Shown here: in pieces, positions 41,249 through 50,674 of the stretch
Numbering within the stretch: position 1 is the stretch's first letter
Layout of the letters: each line of letters begins with the position of its first letter
DNA from: an uncultured Acidobacteriota bacterium
GTDB lineage: Bacteria > Acidobacteriota > Terriglobia > UBA7540
Assembly: GCA_963804995.1 (NCBI GenBank)
Contig: CAWDSK010000005.1
Location: 384,001 to 448,000, forward strand
Length of the DNA: 64,000 bases
Reading direction: 5' to 3'
The notes under the pieces: generated by a model
Database searches by the model: none
What the model saw: the letters and a program-made list of their open reading frames with translations, nothing else
Told to the model about the DNA's origin: nothing
Made by a program: the position numbers and the translations under genes

Positions 41249-43009
41249 ATGAATCCTCCCCGTGCAGACGAATTCCCTAACCTCCGCAGCCGCGACTGGT
41301 TTGGCAAGCGCGATCGTTGGGGCTTGGCGCATCGCGCCTGGCTGCGCGCGGAGGGCTTCACGGACCGTGTGTTCGAAGGCAAGCCGGTCATCGGCATCTG
41401 CAATTCCTGGAGCGAGCTGAACAACTGCAACGCCCATCTGCGCACCGTGGCGGAGGCCGTCAAGCGCGGCGTGTGGGAGGCGGGAGGTTTCCCGCTGGAG
41501 TTCAACACCATCTCGCTGGGCGAGATGCTGATGAAGCCCACCACCATGCTCTACCGAAACCTGATGGCGATGGAGGTGGAGGAGTGCATCCGCGCTTATC
41601 CCCTGGATGGCGTCGTGCTGCTGTGCGGTTGCGACAAGACCACGCCGGCGCAGCTAATGGGAGCCGCCAGCGTGGATGTGCCCGCGCTGATGGTGCCGGG
41701 CGGGCCGATGCTGCGCGGCATGTGGCACGGCAACGAGCTGGGCTCCGGCACCGATGTTCGCCGGCTGTGGGAGGAAGTTCGCGCCGGCCGTCTGGGAGAA
41801 GAGGAGTGGTGCGAGATTGAAAGTTGTGTGTCGCGCAGCACCGGCCACTGCACGGTCATGGGCACTGCCTCCACCATGGCCAGTCTGGCGGAGGGCCTGG
41901 GTATGACGCTTCCCGGCGCCGCGGACATTCCCGCCGCCGACTCGCGCCGCATGATGATGGCTGAGCAGAGTGGCGGGCGCATCGTCGATATGGTCAAGGA
42001 AGATCTGCGGCCTTCGCGCATCATGACGGACGCGGCCCTGGAGAATTCCATCCGCCTGCTTATGGCCCTGGGAGGATCGACCAATGCCATGGTGCATCTG
42101 GTGGCCCTGGCGGGGCGCTTGGGGTTGGAACTCCCGCTGACGTTATTCGATGAGCTCGCCCTCACGACGCCGTTCATCGCCAATGTGAAACCTTCCGGAA
42201 AGTATCTGATGGAAGATTTCAGCTATGCCGGGGGTGTGCCCGCCGTGCTGAAGGAAATCAGCCCGCTGCTGCATTTGGATGTGATCACCGCCACAGGCAA
42301 GACCCTGGGTGAAAACCTGAGTCGGGCGGCTTGCTTCAATCGCGCCGTGATCAGACCTCTATCGGAGCCCCTTCTCCCGCAAGGGGGAGTAGTAATCTTG
42401 AACGGGAACCTGGCCCCGCAGGGCGCGGTCATCAAGCAGTCCGCAACCTCACCCCACTTGATGAAGCATCGCGGGCGCGCCGTGGTGTTCCAGAACAACC
42501 GGGATTTGCTGGAGCGCATCGACAACCCGGATTTAAAGGTCGATGAAAATTCCGTGATGGTGCTGAAGAATTCCGGCCCCAAGGGGGCTCCGGGCATGCC
42601 GGAATGGGGGCACCTGCCCATCCCCGCGAAACTTCTTAAAGCCGGCGTAAAAGATATCGTCCGCATCAGCGACGCGCGCATCAGCGGCACCAGCTTCGGG
42701 ACCATCGTGGTGCACATCTCACCGGAGTCGGCCGTGGGCGGGCCTCTGGCGATAGTTCAGGATGGCGATGAGATTGAGTTGGATGTGGCCGCAAGACGCT
42801 TGGAGCTTCGCGTATCTGACGCGGAAATCAAATCACGACTTTTAGATTGGAAACCACCCGCCCCGCATTACACGCGCGGTTACGGAAAGCTGTTTCTCGA
42901 CCACATTCTGCAAGCCCACGAGGGGTGTGACTTCGATTTCCTGCGGGGCGCCGACCGCGAGGCAGGCAACGCGACGCCGCTAAAACGCTTTCCCAATCCC
43001 GCACTGTGA
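41249..43009 (+). CDS. IlvD/Edd-family dehydratase (sugar-acid, L-arabinonate dehydratase-like)
   Basis: KPVIGICNSWSELNNCN, RNLMAM, GCDKTTP, GHCTVMGTASTM, GGSTNA, PGMPE, SDARISGTSFG. Confidence 0.92.
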   Translation: MNPPRADEFPNLRSRDWFGKRDRWGLAHRAWLRAEGFTDRVFEGKPVIGICNSWSELNNCNAHLRTVAEAVKRGVWEAGGFPLEFNTISLGEMLMKPTTMLYRNLMAMEVEECIRAYPLDGVVLLCGCDKTTPAQLMGAASVDVPALMVPGGPMLRGMWHGNELGSGTDVRRLWEEVRAGRLGEEEWCEIESCVSRSTGHCTVMGTASTMASLAEGLGMTLPGAADIPAADSRRMMMAEQSGGRIVDMVKEDLRPSRIMTDAALENSIRLLMALGGSTNAMVHLVALAGRLGLELPLTLFDELALTTPFIANVKPSGKYLMEDFSYAGGVPAVLKEISPLLHLDVITATGKTLGENLSRAACFNRAVIRPLSEPLLPQGGVVILNGNLAPQGAVIKQSATSPHLMKHRGRAVVFQNNRDLLERIDNPDLKVDENSVMVLKNSGPKGAPGMPEWGHLPIPAKLLKAGVKDIVRISDARISGTSFGTIVVHISPESAVGGPLAIVQDGDEIELDVAARRLELRVSDAEIKSRLLDWKPPAPHYTRGYGKLFLDHILQAHEGCDFDFLRGADREAGNATPLKRFPNPAL

Positions 43010-43107
43010 TCGGTGCTTCCCCGCCCCCAAGGGGCTGCTGGGCTGTGTTAGGTCGCCTGGTTGGGGCATGTTCACAAGATAGGACACCACCCGCGCCAAG
43101 CGGGATA

Positions 43108-43136
43108 TTGTACTTTTCTGCACATTAATGTACACT
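43108..43136 (+). promoter_or_regulatory. Promoter and putative operator of the Phd-VapC operon
   Basis: TTGTAC-N17-TACACT overlapped by the near-palindrome TGCACATTAATGTACA (43119-43134). Confidence 0.6.
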
Positions 43137-43141
43137 TTTCC

Positions 43142-43370
43142 CTAGTGTCGTGTCCCAGAAGTTCGCTGAAAAAGTCTCACTGGGTTCAAAGGCGACCCCC
43201 TCACCCCCCGGCCCCTCTCCCCCAAAGGGGCGAGGGGAGAGTTAATCTGAATTTGTCGCCCTCGCCCCTTTGGGGGAGAGGGTGGACCGCCACCGGCGTT
43301 TTCATCAGCCGGGGCGGGACGGGTGAGGGGGTTCTCTAATAATCAGCGAACTTCTGAGACACGACACTAG
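43142..43370. mobile_element. MITE with 28-bp terminal IRs carrying a palindromic repeat
   Basis: CTAGTGTCGTGTCCCAGAAGTTCGCTGA / TCAGCGAACTTCTGAGACACGACACTAG (27/28 match); CTAG at both ends. Confidence 0.85.
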
Positions 43371-43383
43371 GGAGACCCACAAG

Positions 43384-43617
43384 ATGAAGACCGTCACCTT
43401 CACCGAATTTCGCAAGAGCGCCTCCGCCGTGCTGGATCGCGTGGAAAGAGGCGAGAGCATTTATATCGTGCGCCACAAGAGAGCCATTGCCAAAATCGTG
43501 CCGGCGGCAGGGCAGGGCCACCCGGAACCTGCGTGGAAGCGCCCCGGTCCTTGCCTGGTGGTACCCGGGGCCTCACTCAGCCGGGCCCTGCTCGCGGAAA
43601 GACGGTCGATGCGATGA
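43384..43617 (+). CDS. Phd/YefM-family antitoxin
   Basis: MKTVTFTEFRKSASAVLDRVERGESIYIVRHKRAIAKIVP. Confidence 0.9.
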   Translation: MKTVTFTEFRKSASAVLDRVERGESIYIVRHKRAIAKIVPAAGQGHPEPAWKRPGPCLVVPGASLSRALLAERRSMR

Positions 43618-44036
43618 ATGTCTTCTTAGACTCCTCTGCGCTCGCCAAGCGTTACGTCAAGGAGCCGGGGAGCGGCCGGGTGGAACAAATCTTGTCTGCT
43701 GCATCGTCGCTCGGCCTCTCCGCGATTTGCCTGTCGGAAGTTGTCTCCGGATTGTGCAGGCTTCGGCGCGAGGGGAAGCTCTCCCCGCAACAATACGCCG
43801 AAAATAAATGGGCGCTGATCCAAGACGTGGAGGATTCCGTCATCATCCACATCACAGACCAGGTTGTCGCACGTGCCGTCGAGCTGCTGGAGCGTTGGCC
43901 GCTGCGCTCGTCTGATGCCTTGCACGTGGCTTGCGCGGCAGAGTGGGCGGCGGACTTGTTCGCATCCGCCGACGAGCGGCAGTGCAAGGCGGCACGGGGT
44001 TATGGACTGCGAGTCGAAGTGGTGCGCGCCAGTTAA
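43614..44036 (+). CDS. VapC PIN-domain toxin
   Basis: FLDSSALAKRY.KEPGS, E, LRSSDALHVACA, SADERQ; ATGA overlap. Confidence 0.9.
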   Translation: MNVFLDSSALAKRYVKEPGSGRVEQILSAASSLGLSAICLSEVVSGLCRLRREGKLSPQQYAENKWALIQDVEDSVIIHITDQVVARAVELLERWPLRSSDALHVACAAEWAADLFASADERQCKAARGYGLRVEVVRAS

Positions 44037-44491
44037 GGGGCGGCGCCGCACTTTTTGCTTACTCAACCTCGCACGATAGAAATTGAAATCATAGTCCTCT
44101 CCGAGGGGTCGCAGATTCGCCGTGGCGGAAGAGGGTGGACTGCAACCGGCGTACTGTAGAGGTGGCGAAGAAATTGCAGATACAAGCGTAATAAAATGTA
44201 GGAGCGAGGACAATAGTTTGCAGGCAAACAGAAAGAAACACTACCACGCCCGCGTCGATAGACACCAGCAAGCTACTGGCTAGCCATCCCGCCGGGCGCG
44301 GCTGCACGCAACCTGCAGGGTGCACTCATGCGAGGATGATCCTTATACCCTCGCACTCAGCCACAACAACACAATCTTCAGGATTGACGATTTTCCTTTT
44401 TTACCGCCCCTCAGTCCTCACGGCGGCAAGATTTCAAATCCTTTCGATCCGTAACGCCCGCGACGCCGGACATGCGCACGGCGCTCCAACC

Positions 44492-46195
44492 TCACCAATA
44501 AGGAACGTAGTGCACCACCCCACCGACCTGGAAAGCAACACAGCCCTTCGCGCCCGGAAGGCTTCCACACCTACTTGCGGGGACCGAGTTATTCATAATT
44601 AAATCGCCCGTGGCGTTGCGGCCAGGAGCGCTGTAAGCACTCAGTGCCCCACCCTTATATTGCTGAGCCCCCAACCCTGCCAGCACAAAGCTGTGGGCAG
44701 TGTCTCCCCACAGGTAATCATAGGATTTTACGCCGCGTGCCTGGCTACCATACCAAGATGTCTGCGGAGTCACGGTAATAGGATGAGAGGACGAAGGGGG
44801 ATTGGGGCACTGGATTGTGCCTGCGAGGCCCGGAGTAGTTTTGTTGCCGTTCCAATCGGTAATAACCAGGTAGGCCGTATAGGTTTCCCCAGTGCCGCTT
44901 GAGTCGCAGGACATCGACGGCGCCGGAAGAACCCCCGCCCCTGGCAGGGGATTAATGCTGACGCTTCCCTCCTCAGCGATGCCGCCGCTAACGCTCGTTG
45001 CACCGAAGCCGATCGGAGCAGGCCCAACGTACCCGTGCGCCGGCCCGTGCGATCCTTTCGAGCTGAATTGCAGACACTGCCAGATGCCTCCCCACGAACA
45101 GCCGGGATCGAGTTCTGTAACGAAGGGATCATTCAGCGCCGGAAAGTTGAAAAGCGGGTACGTCATACCCCAGTAGGCAGGGAAACCAGCGCCTTGCCCA
45201 AAATCGACGGCTTGGAGGTAATTAGATATTGAGTCCACGCCTGCATCGATTACGACACCCGATTTGATGCTTCTGACCGTGCCTCCTATAACGACATTGT
45301 TGGAGCCCCCCTTGAAATGAACAGGCACTTGACCGCTCTCGATGTAGGCGCCAAAGACTTGGCTCCCATGGGAATTGAAAGCGATCGCCTCAGTCAGAAA
45401 GCTCTCTGCGTCGATATTCGTTGCCGTGATGACGTCGGCGTCAAACTCGTAACAGGTATGAAGGCCGGCACAATAGGCGTGACTCAGTTGGTTGAACGCC
45501 GCGTTCCCAGTGAACCAGAAGCCGTAGGTTCCTGCGCCGTAAGCCGCCACATCCTGCAGATCATTGTAAGAGGACTCGTTAGGGCCGCCGCCAATTTTGA
45601 AATCGTACTGAAACCCTGACGCGGAGCTATTAGTGAGCTGCGAGGCGGAGGGCCCGCTACTCCAATCGAAACCGATCGAGCCGTCCGTGGTTGACGCTCC
45701 ATAGATGGCGATACCGCTCACGCTTCCACCGATGATGGCGCTGCCGCCTGTCGTCCCACTTAATTTGAGCACCGTTTGGGGGCTGGCAAGATGGCCGCCG
45801 CAGCCCACCAGGTTGCCGTACACGGTGAACATGGGGGCCGCAGTGAAAGTGGCGTTTAGACCGCAAGCAAGCAAGACAGTGACGGCGCGCGGCACCACGA
45901 TCGAAGATGAGGCGGATTGCATCCCCGCCAGGCCGCGAGCGTCCACGATTCCACCGTTGGTAGCCACCGAGTTGATCGCTGCGGTGAGATGCGCGGCAAA
46001 ATCTACTCCGGGCATCACACTGGCATCCACCACGTAAAGAGGAGTGGAGCTGGGTACCCGCGGCTGCTGCGCTAGAACTAGGGAACAGGGAATAGGGAAC
46101 AGGGAACAGATAAGGAAAAGGAAAGCAGCCGGGCGCAGCATGCGCGGCGCCAGGTCTGAACCGTGTTCGCTATTTCCTATACGCTTTCTTTTCAC
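44492..46195 (-). CDS. Hypothetical secreted protein, probable beta-helix (pectate-lyase/tailspike-like)
   Basis: 567-aa ORF with GGAGG RBS, signal-like N-terminus, AAINSVATNGGIVDARG, Gly/Ser/Asn-rich beta segments. Confidence 0.55.
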   Translation of the reverse strand: MKRKRIGNSEHGSDLAPRMLRPAAFLFLICSLFPIPCSLVLAQQPRVPSSTPLYVVDASVMPGVDFAAHLTAAINSVATNGGIVDARGLAGMQSASSSIVVPRAVTVLLACGLNATFTAAPMFTVYGNLVGCGGHLASPQTVLKLSGTTGGSAIIGGSVSGIAIYGASTTDGSIGFDWSSGPSASQLTNSSASGFQYDFKIGGGPNESSYNDLQDVAAYGAGTYGFWFTGNAAFNQLSHAYCAGLHTCYEFDADVITATNIDAESFLTEAIAFNSHGSQVFGAYIESGQVPVHFKGGSNNVVIGGTVRSIKSGVVIDAGVDSISNYLQAVDFGQGAGFPAYWGMTYPLFNFPALNDPFVTELDPGCSWGGIWQCLQFSSKGSHGPAHGYVGPAPIGFGATSVSGGIAEEGSVSINPLPGAGVLPAPSMSCDSSGTGETYTAYLVITDWNGNKTTPGLAGTIQCPNPPSSSHPITVTPQTSWYGSQARGVKSYDYLWGDTAHSFVLAGLGAQQYKGGALSAYSAPGRNATGDLIMNNSVPASRCGSLPGAKGCVAFQVGGVVHYVPYW

Positions 46196-46381
46196 GACGC
46201 CTCCTCCTTCCCAGTCCTTTCAGAGTACTGAGCGGCCACAGACTGAATTAAATACTCCAAATTGTCACGTCCTCACCAGCCGGGGCGGGCCCGATTGCCG
46301 GTCCGATCAGATCGGACCATCGGACTCCAGAAATCGGAAACGGGTGAGGGGTTGCTTCGCGAGCTTGGCGCCGCCGGAAGG

Positions 46382-47185
46382 TTACCGGATCATCGAGAAC
46401 TTTGTGGGCGTCAGCAGCATGTTCGTAATGTTCCGCACGATTTCCCCGCCCTGCCGCACCGACTCCTCGCGAATCTTCGTCCAATCCGGATTGCTACGGA
46501 ACGCCGCCCAGGCCTTTTCCCGGTGCGTCTCACTTTCAAAAGGAATCAGATAAGCCATATTGGGCCGGTTGGGTCCAAAAATCGTGTCCGCATAGAGGAT
46601 CGGGTGAATGCCGCTCTTGTGGAAGATGTCGATCTCTCCCCCCGCAAAGCGGTCGTGCAGGTACCCGAGTTGGCGATGCGTGGGTGATTCGTAGATGCGC
46701 AGCTCGAATAGCTTGTGGGCCGGGTCGCCGGCAGGAGTCGCAATGAAAGGCGGGCAGAAGGACGTCGCGCGCAGCAGCATTGCGTCCTCACGATAGAACC
46801 CCGGTTCGTCCTTCTCGAGTTCCGCCACGGCCGCGGCGTAGTCCGGGTCAGCGTCCATCTTTTCCCCAGCCGTTTCCATCTCGGCAAGGCTCGGATAGGA
46901 GAATATAACCAGCACCGCGGGGCTGTAGGCGCTCACCTCCATGTTGAAAAAGCCCATGGGGCCAAACCCGTTCTTCTGAAAGAGCGGCAGGGCGCGCTTT
47001 TCCAGCCAATTCTGCATGCGGGCCACCTGGCTCCCGTTTTGCAACCGTATGAAAACGAACTCGAAGTAAGATGCGCGCATGGGTTTCTCTCCAGTTGTTG
47101 TCGCTTGAAGTGAGGTCTTCCAGGCTGCCGCCACACCGAGGGTTGCGGCAGGTGCGTCCCTTAATATGAATCTTCGCCGGTTCAT
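46382..47185 (-). CDS. NIPSNAP-family protein with Tat signal
   Basis: MNRRRFI; FELRIYES, GEIDIFHKSG, PNMAYL, REKAWAAFRSNPDW. Confidence 0.85.
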   Translation of the reverse strand: MNRRRFILRDAPAATLGVAAAWKTSLQATTTGEKPMRASYFEFVFIRLQNGSQVARMQNWLEKRALPLFQKNGFGPMGFFNMEVSAYSPAVLVIFSYPSLAEMETAGEKMDADPDYAAAVAELEKDEPGFYREDAMLLRATSFCPPFIATPAGDPAHKLFELRIYESPTHRQLGYLHDRFAGGEIDIFHKSGIHPILYADTIFGPNRPNMAYLIPFESETHREKAWAAFRSNPDWTKIREESVRQGGEIVRNITNMLLTPTKFSMIR

Positions 47186-47272
47186 CGTTTCACCACCGTC
47201 AGTTTAGCGATCCAGGGTTCGCGCCTACAATGGCCTGCTTCCCGGGACATGTCAAGCCTTTCGCCGAACCGG

Positions 47273-47378
47273 TAGTGTCTCAGTTTGATGAGGTAGCGGC
47301 GAGTTTACCTCGCCATAGGGCGGCGTCCCGGTCAGGTCGGGATGAATGCCGCCGCCTCTACGTCAAACTGAGACACTA
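47273..47378. mobile_element. MITE-like element carrying a GTAG REP pair
   Basis: Perfect 16-bp IR TAGTGTCTCAGTTTGA / TCAAACTGAGACACTA around GTAGCGGCG...GCCGCCTCTAC. Confidence 0.75.
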
Positions 47379-47516
47379 TGGGCCGAACCAGTCCCGGCGC
47401 CCCATTGCCAAAATAGTTTCACCGCAGGCAAGGATAGTAACCACATAATCATAAGTTAAGATTGTACTCGTTAGTAACTGGTTTCGACTTGCGAGCTGTG
47501 CTAGAGTCTAGGCACC

Positions 47517-47777
47517 ATGGTCGCACAAGAGATTTGCCCGTATTGCAAAAGCACGCGCACGGCACGCTCACCGAGCGGTCAACATCTGATTTGCTCCGAT
47601 TGCCAGCGGGTTGTCATCCAGGAGCACGTCAGGAAACCGCGTGGGAGAAGACCCCGGAGCAAGTTTGCGCAGGTTGAATCCCACAGCCGTTCAGCGAGAC
47701 TCGTAGCGGGTTGGCTGGGGCAATATGCTTGCCGGGCGCGTTCACCCAAGCGAGTGCGTCACGGCGTGGGTGTGTGA
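47517..47777 (+). CDS. Possible small zinc-ribbon protein
   Basis: CPYC-x15-CSDC followed by a basic stretch; weak RBS. Confidence 0.35.
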   Translation: MVAQEICPYCKSTRTARSPSGQHLICSDCQRVVIQEHVRKPRGRRPRSKFAQVESHSRSARLVAGWLGQYACRARSPKRVRHGVGV

Positions 47778-47833
47778 GCGTTTGACTTCGCCGGTTCGAT
47801 GTGCCACGTTGAACAAGCTCCGAGGGCTGCTCC

Positions 47834-48811
47834 GTGGCGCGTCGACCTTTTACATTCCTGCGAAGCCTGACACTCATCCTCACGATTCTCGTGACCGGGC
47901 CGGGACTCCGGGCGTCAGAAAGCCTGCAACTCTTCCTCAACCAACTCATGCAGGGTAAGCAGGGGGCGGTGATTGTCTCCGACCCTCGAACCGGCAGAAT
48001 CCTCGCGATCTGGAATCCGACCACCGCGTTCGACGAAGCCTATCCTCCGGGGTCGACGGCAAAGTTGGTGGCCAGCGCTGCGGCTCTGGAGGAACGTGTC
48101 ATCACACCGGCTGACACGATTCTGTGCCGCCGCGTGCCTCGATTGCTGGGCGAACCTTATCATTGCTCCCATCCGCCCGCCGACCGGCCCTTCGATCTGG
48201 TGGCGGCGCTCGCGAATTCCTGTAACTACTTCTTTGCAGAGCTCAGCACCCGGTTGCCAGCCTCGGTGCTCGCCCACTGGTATGCGGTTTTCGGATTCGG
48301 CTCAGCCGATGCCGCGGGCCCGGATACCGCCCCCGGAAAAGTGCGCATCGGGGAGGCGGCAAGGGACAAAGCCCTCGCGGCGCTCGGCGAGCAGGGTGTG
48401 ACGGCCACGCCTGCGCAAGTCCTGCGGGCGTACTCGGCCATCGCCATGCAGGGCAAAATGTCCCACCTGATCCGTCCCAGATGTTCGCGGGCGCGGGCCG
48501 TAGCGGGCGTCGTCCCACTACAGAAGAGAACTTTTCGAGTTTTGGGCGAAGCCTTCGAAAAATGCGTGCAGGATGGTTTGTGCCACGCTGCGGCGATCGA
48601 AGGTGTGCCCGTCGCCGGTAAAACGGGAAGCGCCGCAGCACTGGATGGGAGTGGCGCGACCCACGCCTGGTTCGTGGGCTACGCCCCGGCGAATTCTCCA
48701 GAAGTTGCCCTGGTGGTTTTTCTGAAGCGCGGCACGGGCAGTGGCAATGCGGCTCCGCTGGCGGGGAAAATCCTCGAACAATACTTCGCCCTGAAATCTC
48801 ACGTGCGATGA
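47834..48811 (+). CDS. Penicillin-binding protein, transpeptidase domain only
   Basis: PGSTAK (SxxK), SCN (SxN), GKTGS, HAWFVGYAP; signal peptide. Confidence 0.9.
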   Translation: MARRPFTFLRSLTLILTILVTGPGLRASESLQLFLNQLMQGKQGAVIVSDPRTGRILAIWNPTTAFDEAYPPGSTAKLVASAAALEERVITPADTILCRRVPRLLGEPYHCSHPPADRPFDLVAALANSCNYFFAELSTRLPASVLAHWYAVFGFGSADAAGPDTAPGKVRIGEAARDKALAALGEQGVTATPAQVLRAYSAIAMQGKMSHLIRPRCSRARAVAGVVPLQKRTFRVLGEAFEKCVQDGLCHAAAIEGVPVAGKTGSAAALDGSGATHAWFVGYAPANSPEVALVVFLKRGTGSGNAAPLAGKILEQYFALKSHVR

Positions 48812-50595
48812 AAAAACTGGGGCTGATACTTTTGAGTCTTGTGGCGACGAGCCTTCCGGCTCGCCCGGCAACTCCGGAATTTACTGTGGAGTTATTTTCG
48901 ACGAAAGTGATCAAAACCCTGAGCATCGAAGCCCGACAGCAAAATGTGAGCCTGTGCGGCCTGAAAAGTGATGGGCCCTGTAAGCTCCTGAGATCCGGCG
49001 AGAAGGCCGCCTGTTCCGCTGACCAGGTTGTCCGCTGCCGTTCCCAAGGGGCAAGCTGGAATTTCACGCAACTCACTGCCTCCGCCGCAGGCCCCTTCGT
49101 CGTGACGCCGTCGCTCGCGGTCGCCAAGGAACCTCCTCAGGCCCTTCTGGCACGCAATATCCGCGTCAGCGCGAGGAGTACGGGCTTGGGAGTCATTACC
49201 AAGATTGATCTCGAATCGTATGTATCAGGCGTCCTCACTGGGGAGGCTTCAATTCTCAAAGCGCCTGCTGCCCGTGAGGCGATGGCGATTCTCGCCCGCA
49301 CCTGGGCGCTCAAATGGCAGGGACGCCACCACTCGCGAGGATTCGATTTCTGCTCGCTCACCCATTGCCAGGTCTTCCGACTTCCGCCGGCTGGGAAGAC
49401 AATCACCGCGCACGACCTGGACGAGACCATTCTCAAAACGCGCGGCCAAGTCTTGAAATTCCGCGGGGCGCTAGCGGACCCTTACTTCACGGCCTGCTGC
49501 GGGGGAATGACCGAAGCCGCGGGGAATGTGTGGCCGGACCGCGCGCAACCCTATCTGATTGCGGTCCGTGACCCGTATTGTCTCGCAAGCGAACATGCCT
49601 CGTGGCAGAGGACTTTGTCGAAGGAGAGCGTGCAACAGGTTTTGCGCGAGGATTTGCATTTGCCACTTGCCGCACCGCCCGCGGAACTCTCCATCGAAAA
49701 GCAGGATTCGTCGGGCCGGGCCCTCATTCTGCGTGAGGCGGCAGGCGCCGAGTGGCGTGTCGATGCGAATGAGTTTCGCTATGCCCTCGACCGCCGCCTG
49801 GGCTGGGGGCAAATCGAAAGCAATCTTTATACAATCCAGCGGCGTGGGGATTCCTGGATATTCTCCGGCCACGGACTCGGCCACGGCGTGGGACTCTGCC
49901 AGGCAGGCGCCGACCAGATGGGGCGGATGGGATTCTCGGTGGCGCGTATCCTTAGTACCTATTTCCCCGGAACGGAGATATCTTCGCAAGCCTCCGACGC
50001 TTCCGACCCGATCGCATCCAGCGAACACTTCGAACTGCTCTACCCGGCCTCACAGGAGCCTTGGGTGAAGCAAACCCTCGAGACCCTGGAGCTGTGGCGC
50101 AAGGAACTCGGCCCGCACGCGGAAGCGTTGCCTTCACGCCTCCGCTTGCAAACCTGGGCCACGACGGAGGAGTTCATCCATGCAGCGGGGCAGCCCGGAT
50201 GGGTGGCCGCCGCGAGCGACGGTGAATCCATCGAGCTACAACCGCTCGCGCTACTCGCGCGGAAACGAATCTTGAACCAGACCTTGCGGCATGAGCTTAC
50301 GCATCTCGTCGTTCACCGTCTGGCCGCGAAGGGCGTCCCGAGATGGTTTGAAGAAGGATTGGTGCTCTACTTGACACGCGAGAGGATCACGTCACCCTCA
50401 ACGGCGCGGGCCAGTGAGCAAGGACTTGAAGAGGCCATTTCCAAGCCGCGTTCCGAGGCGGAAATGAAAACCGCGTACGCCCAAGCACTGGAAAGAGTCC
50501 GGCAATTGGCGCGGCGCCAGGGTAACACTGCTCTGTGGCGAGTCCTCCAGCACCCGTCCGCAGAAGATCTTCGCTGGCTTCGCGGGAGAGAGTGA
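48808..50595 (+). CDS. SpoIID/LytB lytic-transglycosylase domain fused to a C-terminal HExxH peptidase-like domain
   Basis: LESYVSGVLTGE, AILARTWA, DFCSLTHCQVF, GHGLGHGVGLCQAGA, YFPGT; RHELTH...PRWFEEG. Confidence 0.88.
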   Translation: MKKLGLILLSLVATSLPARPATPEFTVELFSTKVIKTLSIEARQQNVSLCGLKSDGPCKLLRSGEKAACSADQVVRCRSQGASWNFTQLTASAAGPFVVTPSLAVAKEPPQALLARNIRVSARSTGLGVITKIDLESYVSGVLTGEASILKAPAAREAMAILARTWALKWQGRHHSRGFDFCSLTHCQVFRLPPAGKTITAHDLDETILKTRGQVLKFRGALADPYFTACCGGMTEAAGNVWPDRAQPYLIAVRDPYCLASEHASWQRTLSKESVQQVLREDLHLPLAAPPAELSIEKQDSSGRALILREAAGAEWRVDANEFRYALDRRLGWGQIESNLYTIQRRGDSWIFSGHGLGHGVGLCQAGADQMGRMGFSVARILSTYFPGTEISSQASDASDPIASSEHFELLYPASQEPWVKQTLETLELWRKELGPHAEALPSRLRLQTWATTEEFIHAAGQPGWVAAASDGESIELQPLALLARKRILNQTLRHELTHLVVHRLAAKGVPRWFEEGLVLYLTRERITSPSTARASEQGLEEAISKPRSEAEMKTAYAQALERVRQLARRQGNTALWRVLQHPSAEDLRWLRGRE

Positions 50596-50674
50596 AGAAT
50601 GGGCGCACAACACGGCTCTCTCATAGAAAGAGAGTGCCTTCTGCCTTCCGCTTTCTGCCTTCTGCCCGCTGCCT

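Noticed and set aside
44089..44325. Hydrophobic 78-aa ORF
   Set aside because: No good RBS or recognisable family; cannot be supported
44492..46195. Prophage remnant
   Set aside because: No integrase, structural or lysis genes nearby
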